A DNA stretch of 64,000 nt, taken from assembly GCA_016125355.1 (NCBI GenBank), contig WGLX01000001.1:137-64136 (forward strand), given 5' to 3'. Of this stretch, positions 36,210-50,288 are shown piece by piece. A program made the translations under genes and the position numbers. The stretch's first letter is position 1. Each line of letters starts with the position of its first letter. The stretch is from Actinomycetales bacterium (GTDB lineage Bacteria; Actinomycetota; Actinomycetes; S36-B12). The notes below the pieces were generated by a model, which was given only the letters and a program-made list of their open reading frames with translations, was not told where the DNA came from and ran no database searches.

Positions 36210-37034
36210 ATGACCACGTGGAGCGACCATGACCTCATCGACATCTGGAACGAGTCGCTCGACGACGTCCTCGTCCTGATCGGGGACGTCACCGACGAGC
36301 AGTGGCAGGCCCCCACCCCCTGCCCGGGCTGGTCCGTCGGCGACATCGTCGCCCATCTCGTCGACGTGGAGGGCGTGCTTGCCAAGGAACCGCGCCCCGA
36401 TCATGAGCCGGACTGGGAAGCCCTGAACCACGTCGCCAATGACATCGGCCGGTTCACCGAGGTCGGCGTGGACTACCGCCGAGGCACGCCGAAGGAGGAC
36501 GTCACCGACGAGCTGCGCGGCATCATCGCCACGCGTCGGCGCCAGCTCGACGACGTTCCCCCCGGGGAGGGCGTGCTCAGCGTGATGGGGAATCCGACGA
36601 CCATCGATCGCCTGTTGCATGTGCGCACACTCGACATCTGGATGCACGAGCAGGACATCCGCGTCGCGCTGGGCCGGGATGGCGGCTGGGACACCCGCCC
36701 CGCGCAGGTGAGCCTCGAGCAGATCCGACGGGCGCTTCCCTACGTGTGGGCACGCACCTGCCAGGCGCCGGAGGGCAGCACTGTCCGCGTCACCGTCACG
36801 GGTCCCGGGCTGACCGCTCAGCTGGCCGCGGTTGTGGGCCCCGAGGGCAAGGGCACGGAGATGGAACCCCCGTCGGAAGCGACGGTTCACCTGACGCTGG
36901 CGTGGCCCGATCTCGTCGCGCTGTCCGCGGGTCGCATCGATCCCGACGAGCCGGACCTGCGGGCGCGGATCACCCTCGAGGGGGATCCGCAGCTCGCCGA
37001 GACCCTGCTGCGGGCGCTGGCGATCACTCCCTAG
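36210..37034 (+). CDS. Mycothiol-dependent maleylpyruvate-isomerase-like (DinB/TIGR03083) protein
   Basis: ATG 36210. WQAPTPCPGWSVGDIVAHLV is typical of the actinobacterial DinB-like family. Has an SCP2-like C-terminus. Confidence 0.8.
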   Translation: MTTWSDHDLIDIWNESLDDVLVLIGDVTDEQWQAPTPCPGWSVGDIVAHLVDVEGVLAKEPRPDHEPDWEALNHVANDIGRFTEVGVDYRRGTPKEDVTDELRGIIATRRRQLDDVPPGEGVLSVMGNPTTIDRLLHVRTLDIWMHEQDIRVALGRDGGWDTRPAQVSLEQIRRALPYVWARTCQAPEGSTVRVTVTGPGLTAQLAAVVGPEGKGTEMEPPSEATVHLTLAWPDLVALSAGRIDPDEPDLRARITLEGDPQLAETLLRALAITP

Positions 37035-38326
37035 CGGGAGTCCACGAGCAGTTCCAGGGCCGGATCGGCGAGGAAATCGGCCACCGCACGCAGGACCTTC
37101 GAACCCGTGGCGCCGTCCATCACCCGGTGGTCGAAGGTGAGCGTCAACTGCATGACCGGGCGCGAGACCACGACTCCCTCGACCACCCACGGGCGCTCCA
37201 CGACGCGGCCCATCGCCAGGATGGCGGACTGCCCCGGAGGCAGGAGCGGAGTGCCGCCGTCGATCCCGAACACCCCGATGTTCGTGACCGAGACCGTGCC
37301 GCCAGTCAGGTCAGCCGGCGTGGACCGACCCTCGCGCGCGTCGTCGACGAGACCCTGGATCGCCCCGGCGAGCTGGCGCAGCGACAGGGCGCCGGCATCC
37401 TTCACGACCGGGACGAGCAGGCCGCGCGGCGTATCGGCGGCGATGCCCATGTTCACGGCACCCCTCATCTGCAGTGCTGGTCCCTCGTCGACCCACGCCG
37501 CATTCGTGAGCGGGTGCGCCTGCACCGCACGGATCAGGCCGGTCGCCACCAGGGTCAGCAACGTGACGCGAACCCCGTCCCCCTGCCACGCCTCACGAAG
37601 CCGAGCCACCGCCTGGTTGGCGCGGGTCATCTCGACGTCGACCCACTCCGTCACCTGGGGTGCGGTCCGCGCCGAGTGCGCCATGGCCTCGGCCATGGCG
37701 CGGTGGACACCGTGGACCGCGATGCGCTCATCCCGCGGCGCCTGCCGCGACGGCGCTGCCGGTGGGGCTCCGGAGCCGGCCGCCGAGCGCACGTCCTCCC
37801 GGGTGACCTCGCCATGCAGTCCGGTCGCGATGATGCGGTTCAGGTCCACGCCGAGCTCGCGGGCCAGGTGCCGCACCGGCGGCTTGGCCTTCACGACACC
37901 CGGTGAGGCCTCGCTCGCCGCAGCCGAAACCGCTACCGCGGGCGCCGGTTCGTCCGCGGGCGCGGCGGCCGTCTCGTCCACATCCGTGCCGCGTCGCCCG
38001 CGTCGCCGTCGACTCGGCGTCGACTCCTCACGAACGCCGTAGCCCACGAGCACCGCCTGCCGGCTGGGTGCCTCTGCCGCCGCCACAGTCTCGATGCCGA
38101 CGATGGGCGTGCCCACCGCGACCACGTCACCGGGCTGCACCTTCAGCTCCACGATCGTCCCGGCGAACGGGCTGGGCAGCTCCACGGCCGCCTTCGCCGT
38201 CTCGATCTCGACGATCATGTCGTTGACGGCCACGACATCGCCCGGCTGCACGAGCCAGCGGAGGATCTCGGCCTCTGTCAGCCCCTCCCCCACGTCGGGC
38301 AGTGCGAACTCCCGGATGGACGTCAT
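37031..38326 (-). CDS. 2-oxoacid dehydrogenase E2 (dihydrolipoamide acyltransferase)
   Basis: ATG 38326. Lipoyl domain (IETAKAAVELPSP), E3/E1-binding domain (PPVRHLARELGVDL), catalytic TFDHRVMDGA. Confidence 0.92.
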   Translation of the reverse strand: MTSIREFALPDVGEGLTEAEILRWLVQPGDVVAVNDMIVEIETAKAAVELPSPFAGTIVELKVQPGDVVAVGTPIVGIETVAAAEAPSRQAVLVGYGVREESTPSRRRRGRRGTDVDETAAAPADEPAPAVAVSAAASEASPGVVKAKPPVRHLARELGVDLNRIIATGLHGEVTREDVRSAAGSGAPPAAPSRQAPRDERIAVHGVHRAMAEAMAHSARTAPQVTEWVDVEMTRANQAVARLREAWQGDGVRVTLLTLVATGLIRAVQAHPLTNAAWVDEGPALQMRGAVNMGIAADTPRGLLVPVVKDAGALSLRQLAGAIQGLVDDAREGRSTPADLTGGTVSVTNIGVFGIDGGTPLLPPGQSAILAMGRVVERPWVVEGVVVSRPVMQLTLTFDHRVMDGATGSKVLRAVADFLADPALELLVDSR

Positions 38327-38351
38327 GACGGCCCTCCTCCTGCGTGCGATA

Positions 38352-39323
38352 TCACCATGCGAGCGACCGATCCACGGCATCCAGCACGCGATCGAGATCC
38401 GGCAGGAAGTGCTCCTCGAGCCGACTGGCCGGGTAGGGCACGTCGTAACCGGTCACCCGGAGCACCGGCGCCTCCAGCGAGTAGAAGCACCGCTCGGTGA
38501 TCCGTGCGGCCACCTCGGCACCCAGCCCGCCGGTCTTCGACGCCTCATGCACGACCACCAGGTGCCCGGTGCGCTCGACCGACGCGGCCACCGGGTCGAG
38601 GTCGAGCGGCGACAGTGACTGCAGGTCGATCACCTCCACGGAGACGTCCGCGGCGCTCGCGGCCTCGAGGCAGGTCCGCACCATCGGTCCGTAGCAGGCC
38701 ACGGTCACGTCGGTCCCCTCCCGGAGAAGGCGGGAACACCAGGGGTCGCCCGAGCGCACGTCGGCGGCGAGGTCCACCTCGCCCTTGTCCCAGTAGCGCC
38801 GCTTCGGCTCGAGGTAGACGACCGGGTCGTCGCACGCGATGGCCTGCTGGATGGTGCGGTAGGCCGCACCCGGATCGCTGGGGGTCAGCACGCGGAGCCC
38901 GGCGGTGTGCACGAAGTACGCCTCGGGTGACTCGCTGTGGTGCTCCACGGCACCGATGCCGCCGCCGTACGGAATGCGGATGACGACGGGCATCCGCACG
39001 GCGCCCTCCGACCGACGCAGGGTCTTCGCCACCTGGGAGACGATCTGGTCGAAGGCTGGGTAGACGAATCCGTCGAACTGGATCTCCACGACCGGCCGGT
39101 ACCCGCGCATGGCCAGGCCGACGGCGGCACCCACGATGGCACTCTCGGCAAGGGGGGAGTCGATGACGCGGTGCTCGCCGAAGTCCTTCTGCAGGCCGTC
39201 GGTGATGCGGAAGACGCCTCCGAGCCGACCGATGTCCTCGCCCATGAGGACGACGCGCGAGTCATGCTCCATCGCCCGGCGCAGGCCGGCGTTCAGGGCC
39301 TTGGCTATCGTGAGCTCGGTCAT
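38352..39323 (-). CDS. 2-oxoacid dehydrogenase E1 beta subunit
   Basis: 323 aa. Transketolase-like pyrimidine-binding and C-terminal domains (VVLMGEDIG, EHHSESPE). Confidence 0.93.
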   Translation of the reverse strand: MTELTIAKALNAGLRRAMEHDSRVVLMGEDIGRLGGVFRITDGLQKDFGEHRVIDSPLAESAIVGAAVGLAMRGYRPVVEIQFDGFVYPAFDQIVSQVAKTLRRSEGAVRMPVVIRIPYGGGIGAVEHHSESPEAYFVHTAGLRVLTPSDPGAAYRTIQQAIACDDPVVYLEPKRRYWDKGEVDLAADVRSGDPWCSRLLREGTDVTVACYGPMVRTCLEAASAADVSVEVIDLQSLSPLDLDPVAASVERTGHLVVVHEASKTGGLGAEVAARITERCFYSLEAPVLRVTGYDVPYPASRLEEHFLPDLDRVLDAVDRSLAW

Positions 39324-40423
39324 GCCGTCAGCCCCTCGGCGAAGGACTCCTCGTAGGCGATGAGGCCGGCCCGCTGGGCCACCAGCTCGGCGGTCGGGTC
39401 GACGTAGACGTGGTCGAACATCGTCTCCGGCGCGGGAGCCGCCATGGCCCGCACGCCGTCACGTACCAAGACAGCGAGATCGGCAGCCTCATGGTCGACC
39501 TGGTCGAAGTAGCTGCGGTCCGCCATCCCGTTGCGGGCGAGGTACACCTTGAGCCGCTCGATCGGATCGCGCAGCCGCCAGATCTCCAGGTCCTCCGCAT
39601 GCCGGTAGCGGGTGGGATCGTCGGACGTCGTGTGCGCGCCCATGCGGTACGTGAAGGCCTCGACGAGCGTGGGGCCTCCTCCGCTGCGGGCCCGGTCGAG
39701 GGCCATCCGGGTCACGGCCATCACCGCGAGGATGTCGTTGCCGTCGACGCGGACGCCGGGGAAGCCGAAGCCGGCCGCGCGCTGGTAGAGCGGGGCGCGG
39801 TTGAAGCGGTCGCGGGGCGAGGAGATCGCCCACTGGTTGTTCTCGCAGAAGTACACCAGCGGCAGTTGGTAGTCGGCGCCGAGGACGAACGCCTCGTTCA
39901 CGTCGCCCTCGTCCGTGGCTCCGTCACCGAAGTACACGATGACGGCCTCGTCGGCGCCGTCGAGCTGGACGCCCATGGCATACCCGGCCGCGTGCAGCAC
40001 CTGGTTGCCGATGACGATCGTGTAGAGCGAGCACCTGCGCGCGATCGGGTCCCAGCCGCCGTTCGTGATGCCGCGGAACATGGCGAGGATCTCCATGGGC
40101 TGGACGCCTCGGCACCAGCTGACCCCGTGATCCCGGTAGGTCGGGAACGCGTAGTCGCTGGACCGGAGGCTGTGCGCGGATCCGACCTGCGCGGCCTCCT
40201 GTCCGAGGCTGGAGGCCCACAGGCCGATCTCCCCCTGCCGTTGCAGCGCGGTGGCCTCGGCGTCGAGGCGGCGCACGAGCACCATGTCGCGGTACAGGCT
40301 GCGCAGCTCGGCATCGGTGAGAGTGATGTCGAAGTCGGGGTGCTCGACCCGTTCTCCCTCCGGCGTGAGCAGTTGGACCGCGGACCCGAGCAGCGCGTCG
40401 ACCATGGCGACCTCCACTGCCAT
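39320..40423 (-). CDS. 2-oxoacid dehydrogenase E1 alpha subunit (ThDP-dependent)
   Basis: ATG 40423 (MAVEVAMVDA). ThDP motif YFGDGATDEGDVNEAF...CENNQWAIS. 4-nt overlap with the E1 beta gene. Confidence 0.88.
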   Translation of the reverse strand: MAVEVAMVDALLGSAVQLLTPEGERVEHPDFDITLTDAELRSLYRDMVLVRRLDAEATALQRQGEIGLWASSLGQEAAQVGSAHSLRSSDYAFPTYRDHGVSWCRGVQPMEILAMFRGITNGGWDPIARRCSLYTIVIGNQVLHAAGYAMGVQLDGADEAVIVYFGDGATDEGDVNEAFVLGADYQLPLVYFCENNQWAISSPRDRFNRAPLYQRAAGFGFPGVRVDGNDILAVMAVTRMALDRARSGGGPTLVEAFTYRMGAHTTSDDPTRYRHAEDLEIWRLRDPIERLKVYLARNGMADRSYFDQVDHEAADLAVLVRDGVRAMAAPAPETMFDHVYVDPTAELVAQRAGLIAYEESFAEGLTA

Positions 40424-40502
40424 CCTGTCACCGGCAGCGCGATATGGGCCGATATTCGCCGGGTCTGAGCCCCGATCGGGCCTGTGGTGCACAATTGCGG
40501 CC

Positions 40503-41165
40503 ATGACCACGCCCCCTGAGACGATCCGCGTTTTCCTCATGGACGACCACGAGATCGTCCGGCGCGGGCTGGCCGATCTGATCAGCCTCGAGCGGGACAT
40601 GGAGGTGGTCGGCGAGGCGGGCTCCACGAATGACGCGCTGCACCGCATCCCGGCGGCCCGCCCCGACGTCGCCGTCCTCGACGTCCGACTGCCGGACGGC
40701 AGCGGCGTCGAGGTCTGCCGCGAGATCCGCTCCTCGATGCCCGAGGTGCACTGCCTCATGCTGACGTCGTACGCCGACGACGAAGCGCTCTTCGACGCGA
40801 TCATGGCCGGCGCCTCCGGTTATGTCCTCAAGGAGATCCGGGGCAACGACCTCCTCGACGCGATCCGGCAGGTCGCGTCGGGCAAGTCGCTGCTGGACCC
40901 CATGGCGACACAGCGCGTCCTCGAGCGACTGCGCAACGGCGAGAAGCACGACTCACGGCTGGACGGCCTGTCCGAGCAGGAGCGCCGGATCCTCGAGCTG
41001 ATCGGCGAGGGCATGACCAACCGGCAGATCGGCGAGCACATGCACCTCGCCGAGAAGACCGTCAAGAACTATGTCTCCAGCCTGCTGGCCAAGCTCGGCA
41101 TGGAGCGGCGGACACAGGCCGCCGCGTACGTGGCCCGCATGTCCGCGGAGCACGAGGGTCACTGA
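40503..41165 (+). CDS. devR: NarL/LuxR-family response regulator, DevR/DosR-like
   Basis: ATG 40503. ARPDVAVLDVRLPDGSG and HLAEKTVKNYVSSLLAKLGMERRTQAAAY closely follow M. tuberculosis DevR (from memory). Confidence 0.88.
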   Translation: MTTPPETIRVFLMDDHEIVRRGLADLISLERDMEVVGEAGSTNDALHRIPAARPDVAVLDVRLPDGSGVEVCREIRSSMPEVHCLMLTSYADDEALFDAIMAGASGYVLKEIRGNDLLDAIRQVASGKSLLDPMATQRVLERLRNGEKHDSRLDGLSEQERRILELIGEGMTNRQIGEHMHLAEKTVKNYVSSLLAKLGMERRTQAAAYVARMSAEHEGH

Positions 41166-41193
41166 CCGACGCTACCCCGAGGGTGGCGCGAGG

Positions 41194-44761
<3,568 letters not shown>

Positions 44762-44765
<4 letters not shown>

Positions 44766-46531
44766 CAGCCGTCACCTCCCACCGAGCGCCGCACCGAGGT
44801 GGCCGCCTCCTCGGCGATCTCCTCCTCGAGCGGGCTGTGCTCCGGCCCCGCGGGTTCGAGCCGGAGGATCTGGTCGGCCACGTCGATGAGTGCCGGTCGA
44901 TGCGCGACCACGATCACGGTCGCACCGCGAGCGGCGAGCTCACGGACCGCCGACACGACAGCGTTCTCCGACGCCGGGTCGAGGGCGGCGGTCGGCTCGT
45001 CGAGCAGGACGACGTCGGCCGGCTGGGCGAGCGCCCGGGCCAGGCTGAGACGTCGGAGCTGTCCAACTGAGAAGCCGCCACCATCGGCGTCCAGGGCGGC
45101 GGCGAGGCCATCGGCTCGCCCCCGCACCTCATCTCCGATACCCGCGGCATCGAGGGCGGTCCAGATCCGCTCCTCGGGGACAGCCTCCCCGACCGCGCCC
45201 CGCGCACCCAGGCCCACCGCCTGCGCGAGCGACGGCGTCTCGCCCAGGTCGGCGCCGGGAAGATGGGCGCGCTGGGGCAGCCACGCGATGCGGTCCCGCC
45301 AGTGCGCGATGTCGAGCGAGGCGAGATCGGCCTCCTCGCCGCCTGCGCGCACGACGATCCGGCCCTCGGACGGCGACACGAATCCCAGCAGCACGTTCAG
45401 CAGGGTGGACTTGCCGCCACCGGATCCGCCGACGACAGCCGTGACCGTGCCGGGGCGGGCCACCACGGTCGCGCGGTCGAGTGCCGGACGGGTGCGATCC
45501 GGGTACTCCACCCTGAGGTCCTGGACCTCGATCTCCACGGGCCCGGCGGGCAACGTGTACTGCCCCCCGACCGGCACGGGGGTCTCGAGGATCGTGAACA
45601 CCCGCTCGGCCGCGCCCAGACCCTCCGCGGCCGCGTGGAAGTGCTGTCCCACCAGGCGCAGCGGCAGGTACGCCTCCGGCGCGAGGAGCAGAACGTAGAG
45701 GGCCACCGGATACTCGATCTGGCCCTCTGCCAGCCGCAGTCCGACGGAGACGGCGACCAGGGCCACGGACAAGGTGGCGAGCAGCTCGAGCGCCAACGAC
45801 GACAGGAACGAGACGCGCAGCACCCCCATCGTGGTGCTCCGGTAGCGGGAGCCGATCGCCCGGATCGCGTCGACCTGCGACTTCGCGCGCCCGAACGCCT
45901 TCAGCGTGGGCAGGCCGGACACGAGATCGAGGAAGTGCCCGGAGAGCACCGACAGGGTGTGCCACTGGCGGTCCACCCGGCTGCGCGTGTACAGGCCGAT
46001 CAGGATCATGAAGACGGGGATCAGCGGGAGAGTCACCGCGATGATGATGGTCGACAGGAGATCCTGCCCGAGGACCGTGAGCAGCACCGCGATCGGCACG
46101 ATCACGGCCAGCACCAGCTGCGGCAGGTAGCGCGCGTAGTAGCCGTCCAGCGCGTCGATTCCGCGGGTGATCAACGTGGCGGTCTCGCCTGGGGCCTGCG
46201 CTCCCGGCCCGGCGGGTCCGAGGGCCAGGACGTGCTCGACGACGCCCTCCCGCAGCTGCTGCTTGGCGCGGGCCGACGCGCGGACGGCAGCCCCCTCCGC
46301 GAGCCACGCCAGCAGCGCCCGGGCGACGAACACGGCGGCGAGTGCCACGACGGTGTCCCGCACCTCAGCCCATCCGGCTCCCTGGGAAGTGACTCGAACG
46401 ATGGCGTCCGACAGGAGCCGCGCCTGGACGATGACGATGACCGCGGTCACGGCTCCGACGACCACGGCCACGATGAGGAAGGCGCGGGTGCTCTGCGCAT
46501 ACCTCAGGAGTCGAGGGTCGAGGGGCCTCAC
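44762..46531 (-). CDS. cydD: Thiol-reductant ABC exporter subunit CydD
   Basis: Six TM helices plus an ABC domain (GGSGGGKST, SVGQLRRLSLARAL). Follows cydB. Confidence 0.87.
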
Positions 46532-46551
46532 GATGGGTCATCCTGACATGT

Positions 46552-46585
46552 CTGAGGGGCCGCCCCATTCGGGCCGGCCCCTCAG
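46552..46585 (-). other. Intra-operon hairpin between cydB and cydD
   Basis: CTGAGGGGCCG-C-CCC-ATTC-GGG-C-CGGCCCCTCAG: 11 bp plus 3 bp stem with a tetraloop, in the 65-nt cydB-cydD spacer. Confidence 0.45.
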
Positions 46586-46596
46586 TGATGTCTTGT

Positions 46597-47676
46597 CTAG
46601 CTCGCGGCTCCCGCGAACCGGTCGTCGGCCCGGCCGACCTCCGGCTGCGGCGGGATCATCGAGGTGCTGATCCGCTTCCGGAAGACCCAGAACGTCCAGC
46701 CCTGGTAGATGAGGACGATCGGCGTGAAGATCACGGCCACGATGGTCATCACCGTGAGGGTGTACGACTGGCTGGACGCATTGGTCACGGTGAGGTTGTA
46801 GGCGGCATCGGTGCTGCTCACCATGACGTTTGGGAACAGGCCCACGAAGAGGGTGGTCACCGCGAGCAGGATGGTCCCCGAGCTGAAGATGAACGCCCAG
46901 CCGTCCCGCCCCTTGACCACCATGAACAGCGCGAGCAGCCACGCCACCGCCGTCACGAGCGCGAGCGGAAGCGTCACGGCCACGCGCTCCGAGTAGGCCT
47001 GGTACCAGAGCAGGGAGGCGACGGCGATGACCGCAGCCACCAAGCCCATCTTCAGGGCCGCGCCCTTGGCGGCGTCCCGCATCTCGCCCGAGGTCTTGAG
47101 CCGCAGGTAGATGGCGCCGTGCGCCGTGAACACGGTCAGCGTCATCAGGCCCATGAGCAGCGAGAACGGGTTGAGCAGGGTGAACAGGTTGCCCGTGTAG
47201 TTGAGCTGGCCGGCGAGGTCCGGCTGACCGGAGGTCGCCAGGGGCTCGATCGGCGTGCCGCTCACGACGTTGCCGAAGGCCACGCCGAAGAGGAGTGCCG
47301 GGAGCACGGAGCCGATGAAGATGGCTGCATCCCACCGCTTGCGCCAGGTCGCCGAGTCGCGCTTGCCCCGGTACTCGAAGGCCACGCCACGGAGGATCAG
47401 GCCGAAGAGGACGAGGAACAGCGCGAGGTAGAAGCCGCTGAACATCGTGGCGTACCAGAGCGGGAAGGCCGCGAAGGTCGCGCCGCCAGCCGTGAGCAGC
47501 CAGACCTCGTTGCCGTCCCACACGGGGCCGATGGTGTTGATCATGACGCGGCGACGCAGGTCGTCCTTGCCGAGGAAGGGCAGGAGGACGCCCACGCCGA
47601 GGTCGAACCCGTCGAGGATGAAGTAGCCGATCCACAGCACCGCGATGAGGATGAACCAGACGGTGGTCAGTTCCAT
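46597..47676 (-). CDS. cydB: Cytochrome bd ubiquinol oxidase subunit II
   Basis: 359 aa. N-terminus MELTTVWFILIAVLWIGYFILDGFDLGVG is typical of CydB. Confidence 0.93.
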   Translation of the reverse strand: MELTTVWFILIAVLWIGYFILDGFDLGVGVLLPFLGKDDLRRRVMINTIGPVWDGNEVWLLTAGGATFAAFPLWYATMFSGFYLALFLVLFGLILRGVAFEYRGKRDSATWRKRWDAAIFIGSVLPALLFGVAFGNVVSGTPIEPLATSGQPDLAGQLNYTGNLFTLLNPFSLLMGLMTLTVFTAHGAIYLRLKTSGEMRDAAKGAALKMGLVAAVIAVASLLWYQAYSERVAVTLPLALVTAVAWLLALFMVVKGRDGWAFIFSSGTILLAVTTLFVGLFPNVMVSSTDAAYNLTVTNASSQSYTLTVMTIVAVIFTPIVLIYQGWTFWVFRKRISTSMIPPQPEVGRADDRFAGAAS

Positions 47677-47720
47677 GATGTGTCCCTATTCCTTTTCCGG
47701 AAGTCCCTGTCCCCAGCGGC

Positions 47721-49136
47721 CTAGTAGGCGAAGTACAGCTGCTTGTCGTCCTTCTTGGATTCCTCGTACGGGTCGTGGACCACGTCCTCGGGTGCGCCGG
47801 CCTTGATGTACTTGACCATCAGGCCGACCTCGATGATGGCCAGGACTGCGTAGACCAGAGTGAAGCCGATCATCGTGATCCACACCTCTGCGGAGCTGAG
47901 CAGCGGTGAGTTCGCGTCAGCCGTCAACTGCTGTCCGAAGACCACCCACGGCTGCCGACCCATCTCCGTGAAGATCCAGCCGAAGGAGATGCCGAACAGC
48001 GGGAAGAACAGGATGGCGGCGCTGGACAGCGAGAAGAACCTGCCCTTCGGGACCCGATCCCCTCGCAGCGCCCACAGCGCCCAGATGGCCCACAGCGCGG
48101 CCAGCATGCCGAGTCCGATCATGAGCCGGAAGGACCAGTAGGTCACCGGGATATTGGGGATGTAGTTCTGGTCGGGGCCGTACTGCGAGTAGGTCTGCAG
48201 GTACTCCTGCTGCAGGTTGTCGATCCCCTGCACCTCGCCGGACGTGCTTCCTGTCGCCAGCCAGGACAGCAGGCCGGGGATGGTGATGATGTCCGTCGCC
48301 GACTCGCCGCCGGGCGTGCCGATGGTGAGGATGCTGAACGGAGCCTCGGTCTGCGTCGTGTACAGGGCCTCGGCGGCAGCGACCTTCATCGGCTGCTGCT
48401 GGACCATGATCTTCATGTCCATGTCGCCGCTGATCGAGACCAGTACGGCGGCCACGAGGACCGTCCATGCACCGGCCTTGGCGGCCTTGCGGAAGACGTT
48501 CACCTGACGGTTCTTGGTGATCTGCCAGGCGGCAATGCCCGCGACGAAGGCACCCGAGACCAGGAAGGACGCCGACAGCGTGTGGAAGAACGCGATGAGG
48601 GCGGTGTTCTGGAAGAGCACCTCGCCGATGTTGTTGAGGACTGCGCGACCGGTCTCCGGATCGATCTCGTAGCCGACGGGGTGCTGCATGAAGGAGTTGG
48701 CGGCGAGGATGAAGTAGGCGGAGAGCGCCGTGCCCGCGGCCGCGGCCCAGATCGTGGCCAGGTGCAGCTTCTTGGGCAGCCGGTCCCAGCCGAAGATCCA
48801 CAGGCCGAGGAAGGTCGACTCAAGGAAGAACGCGAGCAGGCCCTCCATCGCCAGCGGGGCCCCGAAGACGTCGCCGACGAATCGTGAGTACTCGCTCCAG
48901 TTCATTCCGAACTGGAACTCCTGGACGATGCCTGTCACCACGCCCATCGCGAAGTTGATCAGGAACAGCTTCCCGAAGAACTTCGTGAGCTGCAGGTACT
49001 CGACCTTGCCGGTCCGCACCCACGCCGTCTGGAACCCCGCAACGAGCCACACCGTGCCCAGCGTGATCGGGACGAACAGGAAGTGGTAAACGGTGGTGAT
49101 GCCGAACTGCCACTGGGAAAGTTGAAGCGCGCCCAT
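47721..49136 (-). CDS. cydA: Cytochrome bd ubiquinol oxidase subunit I
   Basis: 471 aa. LSQWQFGITTVYHFLFVPITLG, a Q-loop region, and GWIFTEMGRQPWVV. Confidence 0.95.
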   Translation of the reverse strand: MGALQLSQWQFGITTVYHFLFVPITLGTVWLVAGFQTAWVRTGKVEYLQLTKFFGKLFLINFAMGVVTGIVQEFQFGMNWSEYSRFVGDVFGAPLAMEGLLAFFLESTFLGLWIFGWDRLPKKLHLATIWAAAAGTALSAYFILAANSFMQHPVGYEIDPETGRAVLNNIGEVLFQNTALIAFFHTLSASFLVSGAFVAGIAAWQITKNRQVNVFRKAAKAGAWTVLVAAVLVSISGDMDMKIMVQQQPMKVAAAEALYTTQTEAPFSILTIGTPGGESATDIITIPGLLSWLATGSTSGEVQGIDNLQQEYLQTYSQYGPDQNYIPNIPVTYWSFRLMIGLGMLAALWAIWALWALRGDRVPKGRFFSLSSAAILFFPLFGISFGWIFTEMGRQPWVVFGQQLTADANSPLLSSAEVWITMIGFTLVYAVLAIIEVGLMVKYIKAGAPEDVVHDPYEESKKDDKQLYFAY

Positions 49137-49255
49137 CGTCGCGACCCCTTAGTCGTCGGTTGCCTCTCGGCAGACGATTGTGCCGGGTAACCGGCCCTCC
49201 GCCACGGATTCTTTCGGTGCTGCGCACCGCGAACGATCGGCGTCCGTCCATTTCA

Positions 49256-49275
49256 ACCGGGACTTTGGTCCCGAA
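49256..49275. promoter_or_regulatory. Dos-box-like palindrome upstream of cydA
   Basis: ACCGGGACTTTGGTCCCGAA matches 17/20 of the TTSGGGACTWWAGTCCCSAA consensus as remembered. About 120 nt upstream of the cydA ATG (49136). Confidence 0.55.
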
Positions 49276-50279
49276 TGCGCGTCGGCGGAACCGGGTGGGA
49301 CAGTTCTCCCGTGTCCGTGGCGATCCGAGGTACCCGCACCGGGGGCCTGACGCTCTGGGTGCCCCTCGTGGCGCTCTGGCTGGTGTGGGGCTCCACGTAC
49401 CTGGGCATCGCCGTCATCGGCACCTCGATGCCACCCCTGATCGGCAACGCGGCACGATTCCTGACGGCGGCGGCGATCCTCGGAGCGGCACTGGTGATCA
49501 CCCGTGGGCCCCGGGTCCTCGCCGTCAGCATGGAGCAACTGCGCTCCACGGCGATCATGGGCGTGGCCCTGCTGGGCGTGGGCATCGGCACGCTGTCCCT
49601 GGCCGAGCGCTACGTCCCCAGTGGCATCGCCGCCCTCATCGTCGCGGTGATGCCCCTCTACATCATCGTCTTCCGACTGCGCGCGGGCGACCGGCCGCCC
49701 GCCCGGACGCTGGTGGGGGTTGCGATTGGGTTCGCGGGCCTCGCCGCCATCCTGCTCCCGGGCGGTACCGCCCCGGTGTCCGGATCCGACGCCGACGTGG
49801 TCGTGTGGTCCGCGGCGATCCTCCTGTCCAGCTTCTGCTGGGCCTACTTCTCCTGGCGGTCAGTGGGCTACACCCTGCCTCGGAACCCACTGGTCACCAC
49901 GACCTACGAGATGGCCTTCGCCGGAGCGGCTCTGCTGGGCGTGGGCGCGGTCAGGGGTGAACGCGCCCATCTCGAGCAGGTCCAGGTGGACGCCTGGTGG
50001 GCATGGGCGTGGCTGGTGGCGGCCTCCCTCATCGGCTACACCTGCTACACGTGGCTGCTCGGGCATGCGCCGCTCTCGCTGACCGCGACGTACGCCTACG
50101 TCAATCCCGTCGTCGCCGTGATCCTGGGCTTCCTGATCCTCCGCGAGCCCATCACCCGGGACGTCCTCCTGGGCGTCACCGTTGTGGTCGGAGGCGTCGC
50201 GCTCGTCGTCTCGGGCGAGCGCCGACGGCGTCCCATCGTCCTTGACGAGGCGCCCCCACAGGGCCCGCCAGATGATTAG
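49275..50279 (+). CDS. EamA/DMT-family transporter
   Basis: Ten TM helices with duplicated EamA halves. Start uncertain: ATG 49275 has no RBS and overlaps the Dos-like box. GTG 49311 is an alternative. Confidence 0.83.
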   Translation: MRVGGTGWDSSPVSVAIRGTRTGGLTLWVPLVALWLVWGSTYLGIAVIGTSMPPLIGNAARFLTAAAILGAALVITRGPRVLAVSMEQLRSTAIMGVALLGVGIGTLSLAERYVPSGIAALIVAVMPLYIIVFRLRAGDRPPARTLVGVAIGFAGLAAILLPGGTAPVSGSDADVVVWSAAILLSSFCWAYFSWRSVGYTLPRNPLVTTTYEMAFAGAALLGVGAVRGERAHLEQVQVDAWWAWAWLVAASLIGYTCYTWLLGHAPLSLTATYAYVNPVVAVILGFLILREPITRDVLLGVTVVVGGVALVVSGERRRRPIVLDEAPPQGPPDD

Positions 50280-50288
50280 CCTGTCCCG

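Noticed and set aside
40462-40481. Possible second Dos-like box (GCCGGGTCTGAGCCCCGATC) upstream of the devR-like gene.
   Set aside because: The half-site spacing is one nucleotide short and only about half the consensus positions match. Not convincing by eye.
49137-49255. Rex (TTGTGAA-N4-TTCACAA) or CRP (TGTGA-N6-TCACA) operator upstream of cydA.
   Set aside because: Only a lone TTGTG (around 49190) is present, without the complementary half-site.
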